Source: Pseudomonadota bacterium (lineage in GTDB: Bacteria > Pseudomonadota > Gammaproteobacteria > Burkholderiales > Burkholderiaceae_C). Taken from it: DNA of 64,000 nt. A program made the position numbers and the translations under genes. The notes beneath the pieces are model-generated. The model was not told the origin of the DNA. It did no database searches and worked only from the letters and a program-made list of their open reading frames with translations. This document shows positions 12,878 through 24,322 of the stretch, piece by piece. The first letter of the stretch is position 1; every line of letters begins with the position of its first letter. The stretch is taken from contig JAJZEB010000004.1 of NCBI GenBank assembly GCA_021805805.1, positions 1,218 to 65,217 on the forward strand, in the 5' to 3' direction.

Positions 12878-13536
12878 ACCTGCTGCAACACCGGCGCGCG
12901 CAAGACCGTGTCGGCGACGCCGGCGACCCAGGCGCCGTCGTCGGTCAGCGCCAGCACATGGGTCGCCAGCCCGGCGACCCAGTTCACGTCATGCGCGGCG
13001 AACACCAGCGCATGCGCGCGCAGGCCGCCCAGGCGCCGTGCCAGCAGCGTCTGGTGCGCCGGATCCTGGAAGCTGGCCGGCTCGTCGAGCAACAGCAGCG
13101 GCGCGCGCTGCGCCAGCACCTGCGCCAGCGCCACGCGCTGGCGCTCGCCCGCCGACAGCTGCAGCAGCGCGCGACCGGCCAGCGCAGCGGCGTCGAATGC
13201 ATCGAGGCACCGCAGCGCTTCATCCGGGTCGGGATTCGGCTGCGCCAGCATCACCGCGTGCAGCACCCCGATGCCGAAACGGTCCAGCGCCTGCGCGGGC
13301 ATGTACGCGCGGCAGCGCGCCAGCGCGCGCGCGCCCAGCCGCGGCAACGGCGCATTGTCCAGCAGAACCTTGTCCGACATCGACTCCAGTCCGGCGATGG
13401 TGCGCAACAGCGTCGACTTGCCGGCGCCGTTGCGCCCGAGCAGTGCCCAGCGCTGGCCGACGTCGACCTGCAACTGCAGCGCGCGCAGCAGCACCCGAGC
13501 GCCGCGCGTCAGATCGAGCCCGTCGATGCGCAGCAT
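12814..13536 (-). CDS. btuD: ABC transporter ATP-binding protein (BtuD/FecE-like)
   Basis: GRNGAGKST Walker A, LSAGERQRV signature, LLLDEP Walker B. Start overlaps the permease stop. Confidence 0.8.
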   Translation of the reverse strand: MLRIDGLDLTRGARVLLRALQLQVDVGQRWALLGRNGAGKSTLLRTIAGLESMSDKVLLDNAPLPRLGARALARCRAYMPAQALDRFGIGVLHAVMLAQPNPDPDEALRCLDAFDAAALAGRALLQLSAGERQRVALAQVLAQRAPLLLLDEPASFQDPAHQTLLARRLGGLRAHALVFAAHDVNWVAGLATHVLALTDDGAWVAGVADTVLRAPVLQQVYGCAWQRVPRDGGAALWVPA

Positions 13537-14495
13537 CAGCGCGCCTGGCGCGCCAGCAGCGCGATGAACACCGGGGCACCGCACAGCGCGGTGACCGCGC
13601 CGACCGGCAATTCGTAAGGCATCGCCACGCCGCGCGCGAGCGCATCGGCCGCGACCAGCAGCGCCGCGCCGAGCAGCGGCGCGGCCCACGCCAGCTGGCG
13701 CATGCGCACCGCGCCGCGCAGCCGCAGCAGGTGCGGGACGACCAGTCCCACGAAACCCACCGCGCCGGCGGTCGCGACTGCCGCGCCGGTCGCCACCGCG
13801 GCCAGCAGCACCAGCGCGACGCGCAGCCGCGCGACCGGCTCGCCGAGCAGCCAGGCGTGTTCGCCGCCGAGCGCGAGCCGATCGAACGCGCGCCGCCAGC
13901 GGTGCAGCAGCACCCCGAGCACGGCTGCCAGCGCGCACAGCGCTCCGCCCCAGCGCGCGCCGGTCAGGTCGCCGACCAGCCAGAACATCGCGCCGCGCAG
14001 GCTTTGCGTCGGCACCAGCGCCAGCAGCAGCGTCGAGCCGGCACCGAACAGCGCCGCCAGCATGGCGCCGATCAGCACCAGCTGCGCGGCAGCCTCGTCG
14101 TGCGGACTGGCCAGCGCCCGCCGCCCGAGCAACAGCAGCAGCCCCAGCGCGGCCAGTGCGCCGCCGACGCTGCCCAGCCACAATGTGCCGCCGAGCAGCA
14201 GCATCGCGATCGCGCCGAAGCCCGCACCGGCCGACGCACCGAGCACGAACGGATCGGCCAGCGGGTTGCGCAGCAACAGTTGCAGCGCCAGACCGGCCTG
14301 CGCGAGCAGCGCGCCGACTCCGGCGCCGGCCAGCACCCGAGGCAGCCGCAGCTGCTCGATCAGTGCCGGTTGCCAGCCGCCGGCACCGACCGCGAGCCCC
14401 AGAGCCAGCGCTGCGCACAGTGCGCCGCCGACGGCCAGCGCGAGCCGCGCCGATCGTGGCTCGGCGGAACTCGCGGCCGCCGGCAGTTCGCGCAT
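13536..14495 (-). CDS. btuC: FecCD/BtuC-family ABC permease
   Basis: LRLPRVL, RNPLADPFVLGASAGA and GAVGFVGLVVPHLLR motifs. Confidence 0.85.
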   Translation of the reverse strand: MRELPAAASSAEPRSARLALAVGGALCAALALGLAVGAGGWQPALIEQLRLPRVLAGAGVGALLAQAGLALQLLLRNPLADPFVLGASAGAGFGAIAMLLLGGTLWLGSVGGALAALGLLLLLGRRALASPHDEAAAQLVLIGAMLAALFGAGSTLLLALVPTQSLRGAMFWLVGDLTGARWGGALCALAAVLGVLLHRWRRAFDRLALGGEHAWLLGEPVARLRVALVLLAAVATGAAVATAGAVGFVGLVVPHLLRLRGAVRMRQLAWAAPLLGAALLVAADALARGVAMPYELPVGAVTALCGAPVFIALLARQAR

Positions 14496-14500
14496 CGCGC

Positions 14501-16384
14501 TCACGCTCCCGGAAGCTGCCAGTTCAGCGTCAGGTACACGCCGAACGGGTCGCGGTTGTAGCCCCACACGGTCTGGTAGCGCTTGTTCAAAGCGTTGCGC
14601 AGTTGCAGGTTCCAGCCCCAGTCGTCGCCCAACGGCCCGCCGACGTGCACGTCCAGCGTCGTGTAGCCGCCCAGGTCCACATGCGCGTCGTTGCCGTCGA
14701 CGTCCCAGCGCGCGCTGCTGGCGTGCACGCTGGCGCCGGCGTCGAGCACGCCGATGCGCCGCTCGACGTCCAGGTTGGCGAGCCTGCGCGCGCGCCGCTG
14801 CAGCGTCGGCTGTCCGCCCGCGTCGAGCTGCACCGGCTGCTGCAGCGTGACGTTGCCCTGCACGTGCCAGCCGCGCCAGCCGCCCTGCGCGCGCAGCTCG
14901 ACGCCGCGGGTGCGGCTGGCCGCGATGTTCTGGAACTGGCTGCTGACGTAGTCGTACTGCCATTGCTGGGCGAGCCGCGTCTGGAACAGCGTGCCGCGCA
15001 GCAGCCAGCCACCGCCGCTCCACTGCAGCCCGCCCTCGACCGAATGCGCCTGCTCGGGCTGCAGCGCAGCGTTGCCGTAGTACGGCGCGTACAGATAGCC
15101 CAGCGGCGCCGCGGCGAACGCGCTCGACCAGTCGGCGATCAGCTTGTAGCCGCCGCCCAGCAGCCTGCCGTAGCCGAGGTAGCCGGTGGCGTGCGCGCCG
15201 TAGCCGCCGATGAAGTCGTCGCGCACGTTGAGCTGCCATTGGTTGGCGCCGAGGCTTCCGTCCACTCCGGCGAACAGCGCCTGCGCGTCTCGGGTATGCG
15301 TGCTGATCGATCCGGTGGCCGAATCGACGCGCTGACGCTGCGCCTCCAGACCCGCGGTCGCCTTCCAGCCGCGCGCGAGGTCGACGACGTTGCGCCACTG
15401 CAGCTGCTGCACCCGGGTGCGGTAGCTGTCGGCAAAGCCGAACGCGCTGTAGTTGGTGAACGCGTCGCTCGTCTGCTGCTGCGACACGCTGAGGTGGCTG
15501 CTCCATCCTGCGGCGAGCCGGCGCTGCGCGTACAGCTGCACCAGCTGCTGGGTGATGTCGCTCAGATTGGTGTCGGTCGGAGCCGCGTACGTGGTGCTGT
15601 CGTAACTCACGCGGCCCTCGCTGCGCAGCACCCGCAGACCGACTGCGCCGCCGCCGTCGAGCGCCATGCGCAGCGCCAGGTTGGCACTGTCGCTGCGCAC
15701 CCCGTTGGCGTTGGGGTTCGCTTCCGGGTATTGCGCCGGATTGACCGCGCTGATTCCCTGGCTGGTCGTGCGGCTGGCACCGCCGTGCACGGTCAGCGCG
15801 CCGAAGTGCTGCGTGGCCTCGGCGCTGGCGCCGAAGCTGCCGTGGCTGCCTGCGCGCAGGCTCAGCGCCGCGCGCGGACCACCATCGCGCGTGGTGATCA
15901 ACACCACGCCGCCGATCGCCCCCGAGCCGTAGATCGCCGAGACGTCGCCGCGGATCACTTCGATACGCTGAATCTGCGCCGCGTCCAGGTTGTACAGATA
16001 CGCCACTCCGGTGCTGTCCTGCGCATTCAGCGGCACGCCGTCGAGCAACACCAGCACGTCGGTGCCGCCGAAGCCGCGCACGAACACGTTCGACGACTGG
16101 CCGGGGCCGCCGTTGGTGGCCAGTTGCACGCCCGCGACCTGCTGCAGCAGGGTGTCGACATGGGTCGCTCCGCTGGCGACGATCTGCGCATGGTCGATGA
16201 CACTGACGCTGGGCAGCGCATCGGCCAGCGGCTGGGCGAAACCGGTCGCCGAGACGACCACCGGAGGCATGGCCACGGCCGGCGGAAGCTGGGCCTGGGC
16301 TGCGGCCGGCAGCGCGAGCAGCGCGCAGGCCCAAGGAGCGCGCCGGGCACCGGCACGCCATGCTTGCAAACGAACTTCGAACAT
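14501..16384 (-). CDS. btuB: TonB-dependent outer-membrane receptor, cobalamin (BtuB-like)
   Basis: TonB-box-like VVVSATG; plug motifs FVRG...VLVLLDGVPL and IQRIEVIRGDVSAIYGSGAIGGV; C-terminal NALNKRY. Lies downstream of a cobalamin riboswitch. Confidence 0.88.
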   Translation of the reverse strand: MFEVRLQAWRAGARRAPWACALLALPAAAQAQLPPAVAMPPVVVSATGFAQPLADALPSVSVIDHAQIVASGATHVDTLLQQVAGVQLATNGGPGQSSNVFVRGFGGTDVLVLLDGVPLNAQDSTGVAYLYNLDAAQIQRIEVIRGDVSAIYGSGAIGGVVLITTRDGGPRAALSLRAGSHGSFGASAEATQHFGALTVHGGASRTTSQGISAVNPAQYPEANPNANGVRSDSANLALRMALDGGGAVGLRVLRSEGRVSYDSTTYAAPTDTNLSDITQQLVQLYAQRRLAAGWSSHLSVSQQQTSDAFTNYSAFGFADSYRTRVQQLQWRNVVDLARGWKATAGLEAQRQRVDSATGSISTHTRDAQALFAGVDGSLGANQWQLNVRDDFIGGYGAHATGYLGYGRLLGGGYKLIADWSSAFAAAPLGYLYAPYYGNAALQPEQAHSVEGGLQWSGGGWLLRGTLFQTRLAQQWQYDYVSSQFQNIAASRTRGVELRAQGGWRGWHVQGNVTLQQPVQLDAGGQPTLQRRARRLANLDVERRIGVLDAGASVHASSARWDVDGNDAHVDLGGYTTLDVHVGGPLGDDWGWNLQLRNALNKRYQTVWGYNRDPFGVYLTLNWQLPGA

Positions 16385-16529
16385 CGGGATTCCCGTTGGA
16401 AGCGGCCGCCGCGCTCCCCCGCACGGCAGACCGGAACCGAACACCGCGGTGCGCCCGCAAACGGGCAGGCGTGGGCGCCGCGACGGCGCCCCAGCCTGCC
16501 AGTCCCCGGACAGCGCTGCGGTCTTCTCC

Positions 16530-16740
16530 TGTTGGCCGGTATCCGGGCTGGCGAACGTTCTCCCGGGCGCCTTCCCAGTGCGCCGACGGCGGCACCAGTG
16601 GCACGAGCCCGGGGAGTGCGCGCTGATTGCGCGCATCCGCCGACCGTTGCGGGGGCAGCACAGTTGCGGCGGGATCGTTTCCGCCTGCTGTTTCCCGTTT
16701 AACCGCTTGGCCGACTGGCCGACGCGGCACCAACCCGGCC
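16530..16740 (-). ncRNA. Cobalamin riboswitch
   Basis: Minus strand shows the conserved elements in order: GGTGCC...TTAAACGGGAA...CTGCCCCCGCAACGGT...GCCACTGG...CTGGGAAGGC...AGCCCGGATACCGGCC, 5' of btuB. Ends are approximate. Confidence 0.92.
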
Positions 16741-16800
16741 ATGGTAGCCGACGCATCGGTCGACACGATCATCGACTGCACACTGGATAGAATCGCACGC

Positions 16801-17043
16801 ATGACCTCCGCGACCCCTTCCGCACTGGAAGTGCAGCTCGACGACCTGGCCGACAAGGTCGAGCGCCTGGCGCTGCGCCACGCCGAGTTGAGGCGCACCA
16901 ACGCGCTGCTCGAGCAGCGCGTCCAGCAACTCGAACTCGAACGCGACGCGCTGCGCACCCGCCTGGGGCAGGCGCGCACCCGCGTGGACCGCCTGCTCGA
17001 GCGGCTGCCGCCGGTGGCGGATTCGAACGACGAGCCACGATGA
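16801..17043 (+). CDS. Small coiled-coil protein (ZapB/DUF904-like)
   Basis: 80-aa heptad-rich helix; stop overlaps the zapA start (ATGA). Confidence 0.75.
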   Translation: MTSATPSALEVQLDDLADKVERLALRHAELRRTNALLEQRVQQLELERDALRTRLGQARTRVDRLLERLPPVADSNDEPR

Positions 17044-17354
17044 ACAACGCGACCATCGAAGTCAGCATCATGGGCCAGAGCTATGTGCTGGCGTGCGCCG
17101 AGGGCGAACAGGACGCGCTGCGCCTGGCGGTTGCCGAGGTCGATCGGGAGATGTGCAGCATCCGCGACCTCGGACGCATCCGCGCACGCGAGCGCATCGC
17201 GGTGCTGGCAGCATTGAACCTGGCCCATGCCAAGCTCACCGCGCAGGCCGCCGGCCATGCTTCGGTGCCGCTTCCCCAGGACCTGGCGGTACGGCTGCAG
17301 CGCCTGCATCAAAGGCTCGACGGCGCGCTCGACGCCGATCCGCAGCTGCTTTGA
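17040..17354 (+). CDS. zapA: Cell division protein ZapA
   Basis: IEVSIMGQSYVLAC...ERIAVLAALNLA, followed by 6S RNA as is usual for zapA. Confidence 0.9.
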   Translation: MNNATIEVSIMGQSYVLACAEGEQDALRLAVAEVDREMCSIRDLGRIRARERIAVLAALNLAHAKLTAQAAGHASVPLPQDLAVRLQRLHQRLDGALDADPQLL

Positions 17355-17389
17355 CGCAACGCGCGGGGGCTGCGGCACTCGTACAATGG

Positions 17390-17575
17390 GACGCGTCTGC
17401 CCGGGCCCTCCGCCCTGGCATTTCTTGAACCGATGCGCTGTGCCTCGGGCTTGGAACATCGTCGGTGGGTGCGCAGCGTCTCGCGCAGACGCTCCCGAAG
17501 CCGGCTGACCTCGCCCACCTGTCCCAAAGTGGGTTCAGGGATCGACGGGCGGCCCGGTCCGGGCAGACACCCCGC
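17390..17575 (+). ncRNA. ssrS: 6S RNA
   Basis: About 180 nt directly after zapA. Terminal stem GTCTGCCCGG (17395-17404) pairs with CCGGGCAGAC (17559-17568); internal CTTGAACC/GGTTCAGG pairing; TACAAT -10-like hexamer at 17382-17387. Confidence 0.85.
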
Positions 17576-17647
17576 CCTCGCGGCACTCTCTTCACCCCAA
17601 CGAGCGCCGTGCTGGTGGCGCGCCTTGCTGCCCACGGGATCGCGCCG

Positions 17648-18466
17648 ATGAGCCTGCCTTTTGTCGTCGAACTGATGTTGCTGGGCTCGTGCAGCGGCTT
17701 CCTCGCCGGACTGCTCGGAATCGGCGGAGGCATGCTGCTGGTGCCTTTCCTGACCTTCATGTTCACTCGCGAGCACTTCGCTGAGCCGCTGATCGTGCAC
17801 ATGGCGATCGCCACTGCGTTGACCACCATCCTGTTCACCGCGACGTCGAGCGTGCGCGCGCACCATCGCCGCGGCGCGGTGCGCTGGGACGTCGCTCCGG
17901 TCATGGGGATCGGCGCGGTGCTCGGAACCTTCAGCGGCGCGCAACTCGCCGGGGCGCTGAAGTCGGCCTGGCTGGCACTGTTTTTCGCACTGTTCGTCGG
18001 CATTTCGGCGCTGCGCATGCTGCTGGCGAGCCGGCGCGCCGACGTTGAGCGCGCCGAAGCATTGCCGCGGCGCAGCCTGCTCGGTCTGGCCGGCGCGTGC
18101 ATCGGCGCCATCTCGTCGCTGATCGGCGCCGGCGGAGGCTTTCTCACGGTTCCGTTCCTGCATTGGCGTGGCCTGCCGATGCGCAACGCGGTGGCGACCA
18201 GCGCCGCAATGGGGGTGCCGATCGCAGCCGGCGGGCTGTTCGGCTACGTCGTTGCCGGAATGCATGCGGCCGGGCTGCCGCGCTACGCGCTGGGCTACGT
18301 GTACCTGCCGGCGCTGTTCGCTTGCGCGACGACCAGCGTGCTGATGGCTCCGGTGGGCGCCGCGGTGGCGCACCGCATCCATGGCCAGGCGCTCAAGCGG
18401 GTATTTGCGCTGCTGCTGCTCGGACTGGCCGGGTACATGGCCTACAAGGGCCTGCACCGCGCCTGA
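17648..18466 (+). CDS. TauE/SafE family sulfite exporter
   Basis: GFLAGLLGIGGG, HMAIATAL and LIGAGGGFLTVP repeated halves; multiple hydrophobic segments. Confidence 0.88.
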   Translation: MSLPFVVELMLLGSCSGFLAGLLGIGGGMLLVPFLTFMFTREHFAEPLIVHMAIATALTTILFTATSSVRAHHRRGAVRWDVAPVMGIGAVLGTFSGAQLAGALKSAWLALFFALFVGISALRMLLASRRADVERAEALPRRSLLGLAGACIGAISSLIGAGGGFLTVPFLHWRGLPMRNAVATSAAMGVPIAAGGLFGYVVAGMHAAGLPRYALGYVYLPALFACATTSVLMAPVGAAVAHRIHGQALKRVFALLLLGLAGYMAYKGLHRA

Positions 18467-18480
18467 AGCGCGCCTGGGCG

Positions 18481-18894
18481 ATGCAGCGCTGGGTTCTCGA
18501 CACCAACGTCGTGCTCGACTGGCTGGTGTTCGACGACCCGGCGATCAGACCGCTGGAGGCCAGGCTGCGCGACGCGCGGGCGCAGTGGCTGAGCTGCGCG
18601 CCGATGCGCGCCGAGCTCGACGACGTGATCGCACGACCGGCGTTCGCGCGCCGCGGCTCGGATTTGGCCGCCCGCTTGCACGCCCTGTACGCGCGCCACG
18701 CGCTGGAACTGCCGATCCCGGCGCCGACGCCACGGCTTTGCTGCCGAGACGCCGACGACCAGATGTTCATCGATCTGGCGCTGCAGCAACGCGCGAACTG
18801 GCTGTTCACTCGCGACCGCGCGCTGCTCGAACTGGCGCCGCGAGCGCTGGCCTGGGGCTTGCGCATCGCGCCGCCGAGCGCGCTGCCGGACTGA
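18481..18894 (+). CDS. PIN-domain protein (putative toxin component, PIN family)
   Basis: WVLDTNVVLD N-terminus and CRDADDQMFIDLA...LFTRDRALL acidic PIN motifs. Confidence 0.85.
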   Translation: MQRWVLDTNVVLDWLVFDDPAIRPLEARLRDARAQWLSCAPMRAELDDVIARPAFARRGSDLAARLHALYARHALELPIPAPTPRLCCRDADDQMFIDLALQQRANWLFTRDRALLELAPRALAWGLRIAPPSALPD

Positions 18895-18939
18895 AGCGCG
18901 GCCGGCTCGAGCACCGCCGCGGAACCAGAGGCGCCGCGC

Positions 18940-19737
18940 TCAGCGCGACTTGCGCACCGACCAGATCAGCATCCCGGCGCCGATCACGATCAGCGGGATC
19001 GACAGCAGTTGGCCCATGCTCAGCCCGAACCACAGATAGCCGAGGAATGCGTCGGGCTGGCGAGTGAACTCGACCATGAAGCGAGCGAGTCCGTAGCCCA
19101 GCGCGAAACTCGCGGTCAGGAAGCCGCGCGGCCGTGGCTTGGCGCGCAGCCACCACAGCACCACGAACAGCAGAACCCCTTCGAGCGCCATCTCGTACAG
19201 CTCGGATGGAAAGCGCGGCACCATGCTGCCCGACTCCGGGTAGATCATCGCGCCGGGCCACCAGCTCGGCGCCACGCGTCCCCACAGTTCGCCGTTGATG
19301 AAATTGCCGATGCGACCGAACGCAAGCCCTGGCGGGATCATCGGCGCGACGAAGTCCATCAGGTCGAGCCAGTTCACGCGTCGGCGCCATGCGAACCAGC
19401 CTGCCGCGGCCATCACCCCGAGCAGCCCGCCGTGGAACGACATGCCGCCGTCCCAGACCTCGACGATTTGGCTCGGGTGGGCGAAGTACAGCCCCGGCTG
19501 GTAGAACAGCACATAGCCCAGGCGCCCGCCGAGGATCACGCCGAGCACTCCGACGAACAGCAGGTCCTCGACATCGCGCGAGGTCCAGCCGAAGCTGTCG
19601 TACGGTCGGTCGCGCAACCGGCGCTTGGACAGCAGCCAGAACGTCAGGAACCCCAGCAGGTACATGATCCCGTACCAGCGGATCTTCAGCGGTCCCAAGT
19701 GAACCGCTATGGGATTGAAATTCGGATGGATCAGCAT
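18940..19737 (-). CDS. lgt: Prolipoprotein diacylglyceryl transferase
   Basis: IRWYGIMY, GGRLGYVLFY, GGMSFHGG, GRIGNFINGELWGR, PSELYE and RFMVEFTRQPD motifs. Confidence 0.96.
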   Translation of the reverse strand: MLIHPNFNPIAVHLGPLKIRWYGIMYLLGFLTFWLLSKRRLRDRPYDSFGWTSRDVEDLLFVGVLGVILGGRLGYVLFYQPGLYFAHPSQIVEVWDGGMSFHGGLLGVMAAAGWFAWRRRVNWLDLMDFVAPMIPPGLAFGRIGNFINGELWGRVAPSWWPGAMIYPESGSMVPRFPSELYEMALEGVLLFVVLWWLRAKPRPRGFLTASFALGYGLARFMVEFTRQPDAFLGYLWFGLSMGQLLSIPLIVIGAGMLIWSVRKSR

Positions 19738-19754
19738 AGCCCTCAAGTGTACGA

Positions 19755-19990
19755 CCCGAAGCGTGTCGCTCCGACCGGTGGCCGGCTGACGCAGAAAGCC
19801 GGAGCGCGCACCCCGCGCCCCCCATTCGCCCCGGAGCGTGTAGCCGCGTCCGGTGGCCGGCTGACGCGCAAAGCCGGAGCGCGCACCCCGCGCCCCCCAG
19901 GACGCGAGCCGTCGCAGAGCCGCCTCAAGGCGGCGAGCGGTCCCCCCTTGGGGGGGAAGCAAGGCGGCTCGCGCCGCCTTGCTCAGGGGG
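19755..19990. repeat. Intergenic composite repeat: two ~69-nt direct repeats plus a REP-like palindromic unit
   Basis: Copies at ~19755-19823 and ~19829-19898 (75-nt period), followed by GCCGCCTCAAGGCGGC and CCCCCCTTGGGGGGAAGCAAGGCGGC...GCCGCCTTGCT hairpins. Confidence 0.75.
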
Positions 19991-19992
19991 GC

Positions 19993-22281
19993 TCACACCA
20001 CCGCTTCGCTCTTCTTCGGCGGCTTCGAATCCGGCTCGGCGATCTCCAGCTGCACCTGGCCCTGGTCGTCGACATCGACCGTGACCCGGCCACCGTCGAC
20101 GAGGCGGCCGAACAGCAGTTCGTCGGCCAGCGCGCGCCGGATCGTGTCCTGGATCAGGCGCTGCATCGGCCGCGCGCCCATCAACGGGTCGAAACCTTCG
20201 CGCGCCAGGTGCCGGCGCAACGCGTCCGTGAACGTCGCGTCGACCCGCTTCTCGGCCAGTTGCGCCTCCAGCTGCAGCAGGAACTTGTCGACCACGCGCA
20301 GGATGATCGCTTCGTCGAGCGCGCGGAAATGGATGATCGCGTCGAGCCGGTTGCGGAACTCCGGAGAGAACAACCGCTTGATGTCGACCATTTCATCGCC
20401 CTGTTCGCGCTTGGTCGTGAAGCCGATGGTGCCCTTTTGCATCGCCTCGGCACCGGCGTTGGTCGTCATGATCACGATCACATTGCGGAAATCAGCCTTG
20501 CGCCCGTTGTTGTCGGTCAGCGTGCCGTTGTCCATGACCTGCAGCAGCACGTTGTAGACATCCGGATGCGCCTTCTCGATTTCGTCGAGCAGAAGCACCG
20601 CGTGCGGCTTCTTCGTGATCGCCTCGGTCAGCAATCCACCCTGGTCGAAGCCGACATAGCCCGGAGGCGCGCCGATCAGGCGCGACACCGTGTGCCGCTC
20701 CATGTACTCGGACATATCGAAGCGCACCAGCTCGATGCCGAGCACGAACGCCAGCTGACGCGCGACCTCGGTCTTGCCCACGCCGGTCGGGCCGCTGAAC
20801 AGGAATGCGCCGATCGGCTTGTCGGGCCGGCCCAGTCCCGAGCGGCTCATCTTGATCGCAGCCGACAGCGCGCCGATCGCCTCGTCCTGGCCGAACACGA
20901 CGTTCTTCAGGTCGCGATCGAGGTTGCGCAGCTTCGAGCGATCGTCGGTCGTCACGCTGTGCACCGGAACGCGGGCGATCTTCGACACGATGTCCTCGAT
21001 CTCGCCCTTGCCGATGGTCTTCTTCTGCTTGCTCTTGGGCAGGATGCGCTGCGCCGCGCCTGCCTCGTCGATGACGTCGATCGCCTTGTCGGGCAGATGG
21101 CGGTCGTTGATGTACTTGGCCGACAACTCGGCGGCTGCGCTCAGCGCTCCGGCGCCGTACTTGACACCGTGATGCTCCTCGAAGCGCGACTTCAGGCCCT
21201 TGAGGATCTCGATCGTCTGCTCGACGCTGGGCTCGACGACGTCGATCTTCTGGAAACGCCTCGACAGCGCGGCGTCCTTCTCGAAAATGCCGCGGTATTC
21301 GTTGAACGTGGTCGCACCGATGCAACGCAGCTGGCCCGAAGTCAGCGCCGGCTTGAGCAGATTCGACGCATCGAGCGTTCCGCCCGACGCCGCGCCGGCA
21401 CCGATCAGGGTGTGGATCTCGTCGATGAACAGGATCGCACTGGGCATCTCCCGGATCTGCTTGATCACCGCCTTGATGCGCTGCTCGAAGTCGCCGCGGT
21501 ACTTGGTTCCGGCCAGCAGCGCGCCCATGTCCAGCGAATAGACGACGCCATCGGCGAGCACCGCCGGCACGTGCCCCTGCACGATGCGCCAGGCCAGCCC
21601 TTCGGCGATCGCGGTCTTGCCCACGCCGGCCTCGCCAACCAGCAGCGGGTTGTTCTTGCGCCGCCGACAAAGCACCTGGATCACGCGCTCGACCTCGGCT
21701 TCGCGCCCGATCAGCGGGTCGATGCGCCCGTCGCGCGCCAGCGTGTTGAGGTTCTGCGTGAACTGATCGAGCGGCGTGTCCTTGGCCTCGCGCTCGTCGT
21801 CGTCCGCGCCACCCGATGCCGGCTTGGCCGGCTCGACCGGATCCGACTTGCGGATGCCGTGCGACATGTAATTGACCACGTCGAGCCGGGTGACTCCCTG
21901 CTGGTGCAGGTAATAGACCGCATGCGCGTCCTTCTCGCTGAAGATTGCCACCAGCACGTTGGCGCCGGTGACTTCCTTCTTGCCGTTGCTCGACGACTGC
22001 ACGTGCATGATCGCGCGCTGGATCACGCGCTGGAAACCCAGCGTCGGCTGGGTGTCGACGTCGTCGCTGCCCGGCACCACCGGCGTGTTGTCCTTGATGA
22101 ACGCGGCCAGACTCTTGCGCAGGTCGTCGAGGTTCGCCGAACACGCGCGCAGCACCTCGGCGGCCGAAGGGTTGTCGAGCAGCGCCAGCAGCAAGTGCTC
22201 GACGGTGATGAATTCATGGCGCTGCTGCCGCGCCTCGACGAACGCCATGTGCAGACTGACTTCGAGTTCCTGGGCAATCAT
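19993..22281 (-). CDS. clpA: ATP-dependent Clp protease ATP-binding subunit ClpA
   Basis: Two AAA+ modules (GEAGVGKT; GPTGVGKT), [25 protein letters not shown]. Confidence 0.97.
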   Translation of the reverse strand: MIAQELEVSLHMAFVEARQQRHEFITVEHLLLALLDNPSAAEVLRACSANLDDLRKSLAAFIKDNTPVVPGSDDVDTQPTLGFQRVIQRAIMHVQSSSNGKKEVTGANVLVAIFSEKDAHAVYYLHQQGVTRLDVVNYMSHGIRKSDPVEPAKPASGGADDDEREAKDTPLDQFTQNLNTLARDGRIDPLIGREAEVERVIQVLCRRRKNNPLLVGEAGVGKTAIAEGLAWRIVQGHVPAVLADGVVYSLDMGALLAGTKYRGDFEQRIKAVIKQIREMPSAILFIDEIHTLIGAGAASGGTLDASNLLKPALTSGQLRCIGATTFNEYRGIFEKDAALSRRFQKIDVVEPSVEQTIEILKGLKSRFEEHHGVKYGAGALSAAAELSAKYINDRHLPDKAIDVIDEAGAAQRILPKSKQKKTIGKGEIEDIVSKIARVPVHSVTTDDRSKLRNLDRDLKNVVFGQDEAIGALSAAIKMSRSGLGRPDKPIGAFLFSGPTGVGKTEVARQLAFVLGIELVRFDMSEYMERHTVSRLIGAPPGYVGFDQGGLLTEAITKKPHAVLLLDEIEKAHPDVYNVLLQVMDNGTLTDNNGRKADFRNVIVIMTTNAGAEAMQKGTIGFTTKREQGDEMVDIKRLFSPEFRNRLDAIIHFRALDEAIILRVVDKFLLQLEAQLAEKRVDATFTDALRRHLAREGFDPLMGARPMQRLIQDTIRRALADELLFGRLVDGGRVTVDVDDQGQVQLEIAEPDSKPPKKSEAVV

Positions 22282-22290
22282 CGCTTTCTC

Positions 22291-22620
22291 CTAAACCGCT
22301 TCCATCACGCACTGCAACGGATGGCCCGCCTGGCGCGCGGCGGCCATCACCTGCTCGACCTTCGTCGCCGCGACGTCCTTCGAATAGACGCCGCAGACCC
22401 CGCGACCATGTTGGTGGACATTTAACATGATCTGGGTTGCAGTTTCGAAATCCTTTGCAAAGTACCGCTGTATGACGAACACCACAAACTCCATCGGAGT
22501 GAAATCGTCGTTCAGCATCACGACCTGGTAGAGCGGCGGCGGCGCCAGCGCCTGGCGTTGGCGCTCGACGACGACGGCGTTTCCCGGGTCTGCTGCGGTG
22601 GGCTTGCGCGGTCTGGGCAT
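22291..22620 (-). CDS. clpS: Clp protease adaptor ClpS
   Basis: [17 protein letters not shown]...[11 protein letters not shown]...HPLQC. Confidence 0.96.
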   Translation of the reverse strand: MPRPRKPTAADPGNAVVVERQRQALAPPPLYQVVMLNDDFTPMEFVVFVIQRYFAKDFETATQIMLNVHQHGRGVCGVYSKDVAATKVEQVMAAARQAGHPLQCVMEAV

Positions 22621-22826
22621 GGCCCGATTCTAGGATTGCAGGCGCCCGCGCGCAGGCCATGGTTGTTGCGACGATTGTCGATCAACTTGACGCGGCGCGT
22701 CGCGATACACCTGACATATCGCGGGGTGTTCACGGCACGGTCACGTCTGCCATCGGAGCCATGCGCATCGACCCGTGCAGTGCGCGGTGCAAGGCTGCCC
22801 GCAATGCGGGCCCGTGCCGGGCGCAC

Positions 22827-22857
22827 AAGAAAAAAGCCCCCGACTTTCGGCGGGGGC
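22827..22857 (-). terminator. Rho-independent terminator of icd
   Basis: Minus strand GCCCCCG-CCGAAAGT-CGGGGGC-TTTTTTCTT, 24 nt after the icd stop. Confidence 0.85.
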
Positions 22858-22880
22858 CCGATGCGTCGCAACGCGGCGCG

Positions 22881-24134
<1,254 letters not shown>

Positions 24135-24322
24135 GAAAGCCTCCGAGTGCAATGCGCCGAATTCTAGCCCCGCCAGCGGCTTTTCGCGATGTCTTTTATA
24201 AGACACAAGACTGTGCGGGTCGGATCGCGTGTCACGCCGTTGTCAACCGACATCGATGCATCTGCGTTAGGGCGATGGTCTCGCAGGAGATCGATCAACA
24301 TCATTTCAACGAAAGGTCAGTC

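Noticed and set aside
13536-17459. 1307-aa ORF spanning the btu region
   Set aside because: Only the last 319 aa (permease) are protein-like; the rest is an off-frame shadow of btuB and the riboswitch, typical of high-GC DNA.
18481-18894. PIN protein without an adjacent antitoxin as a new toxin system
   Set aside because: Host-like GC, core-gene context and no partner ORF; stand-alone PIN genes of this kind are common.
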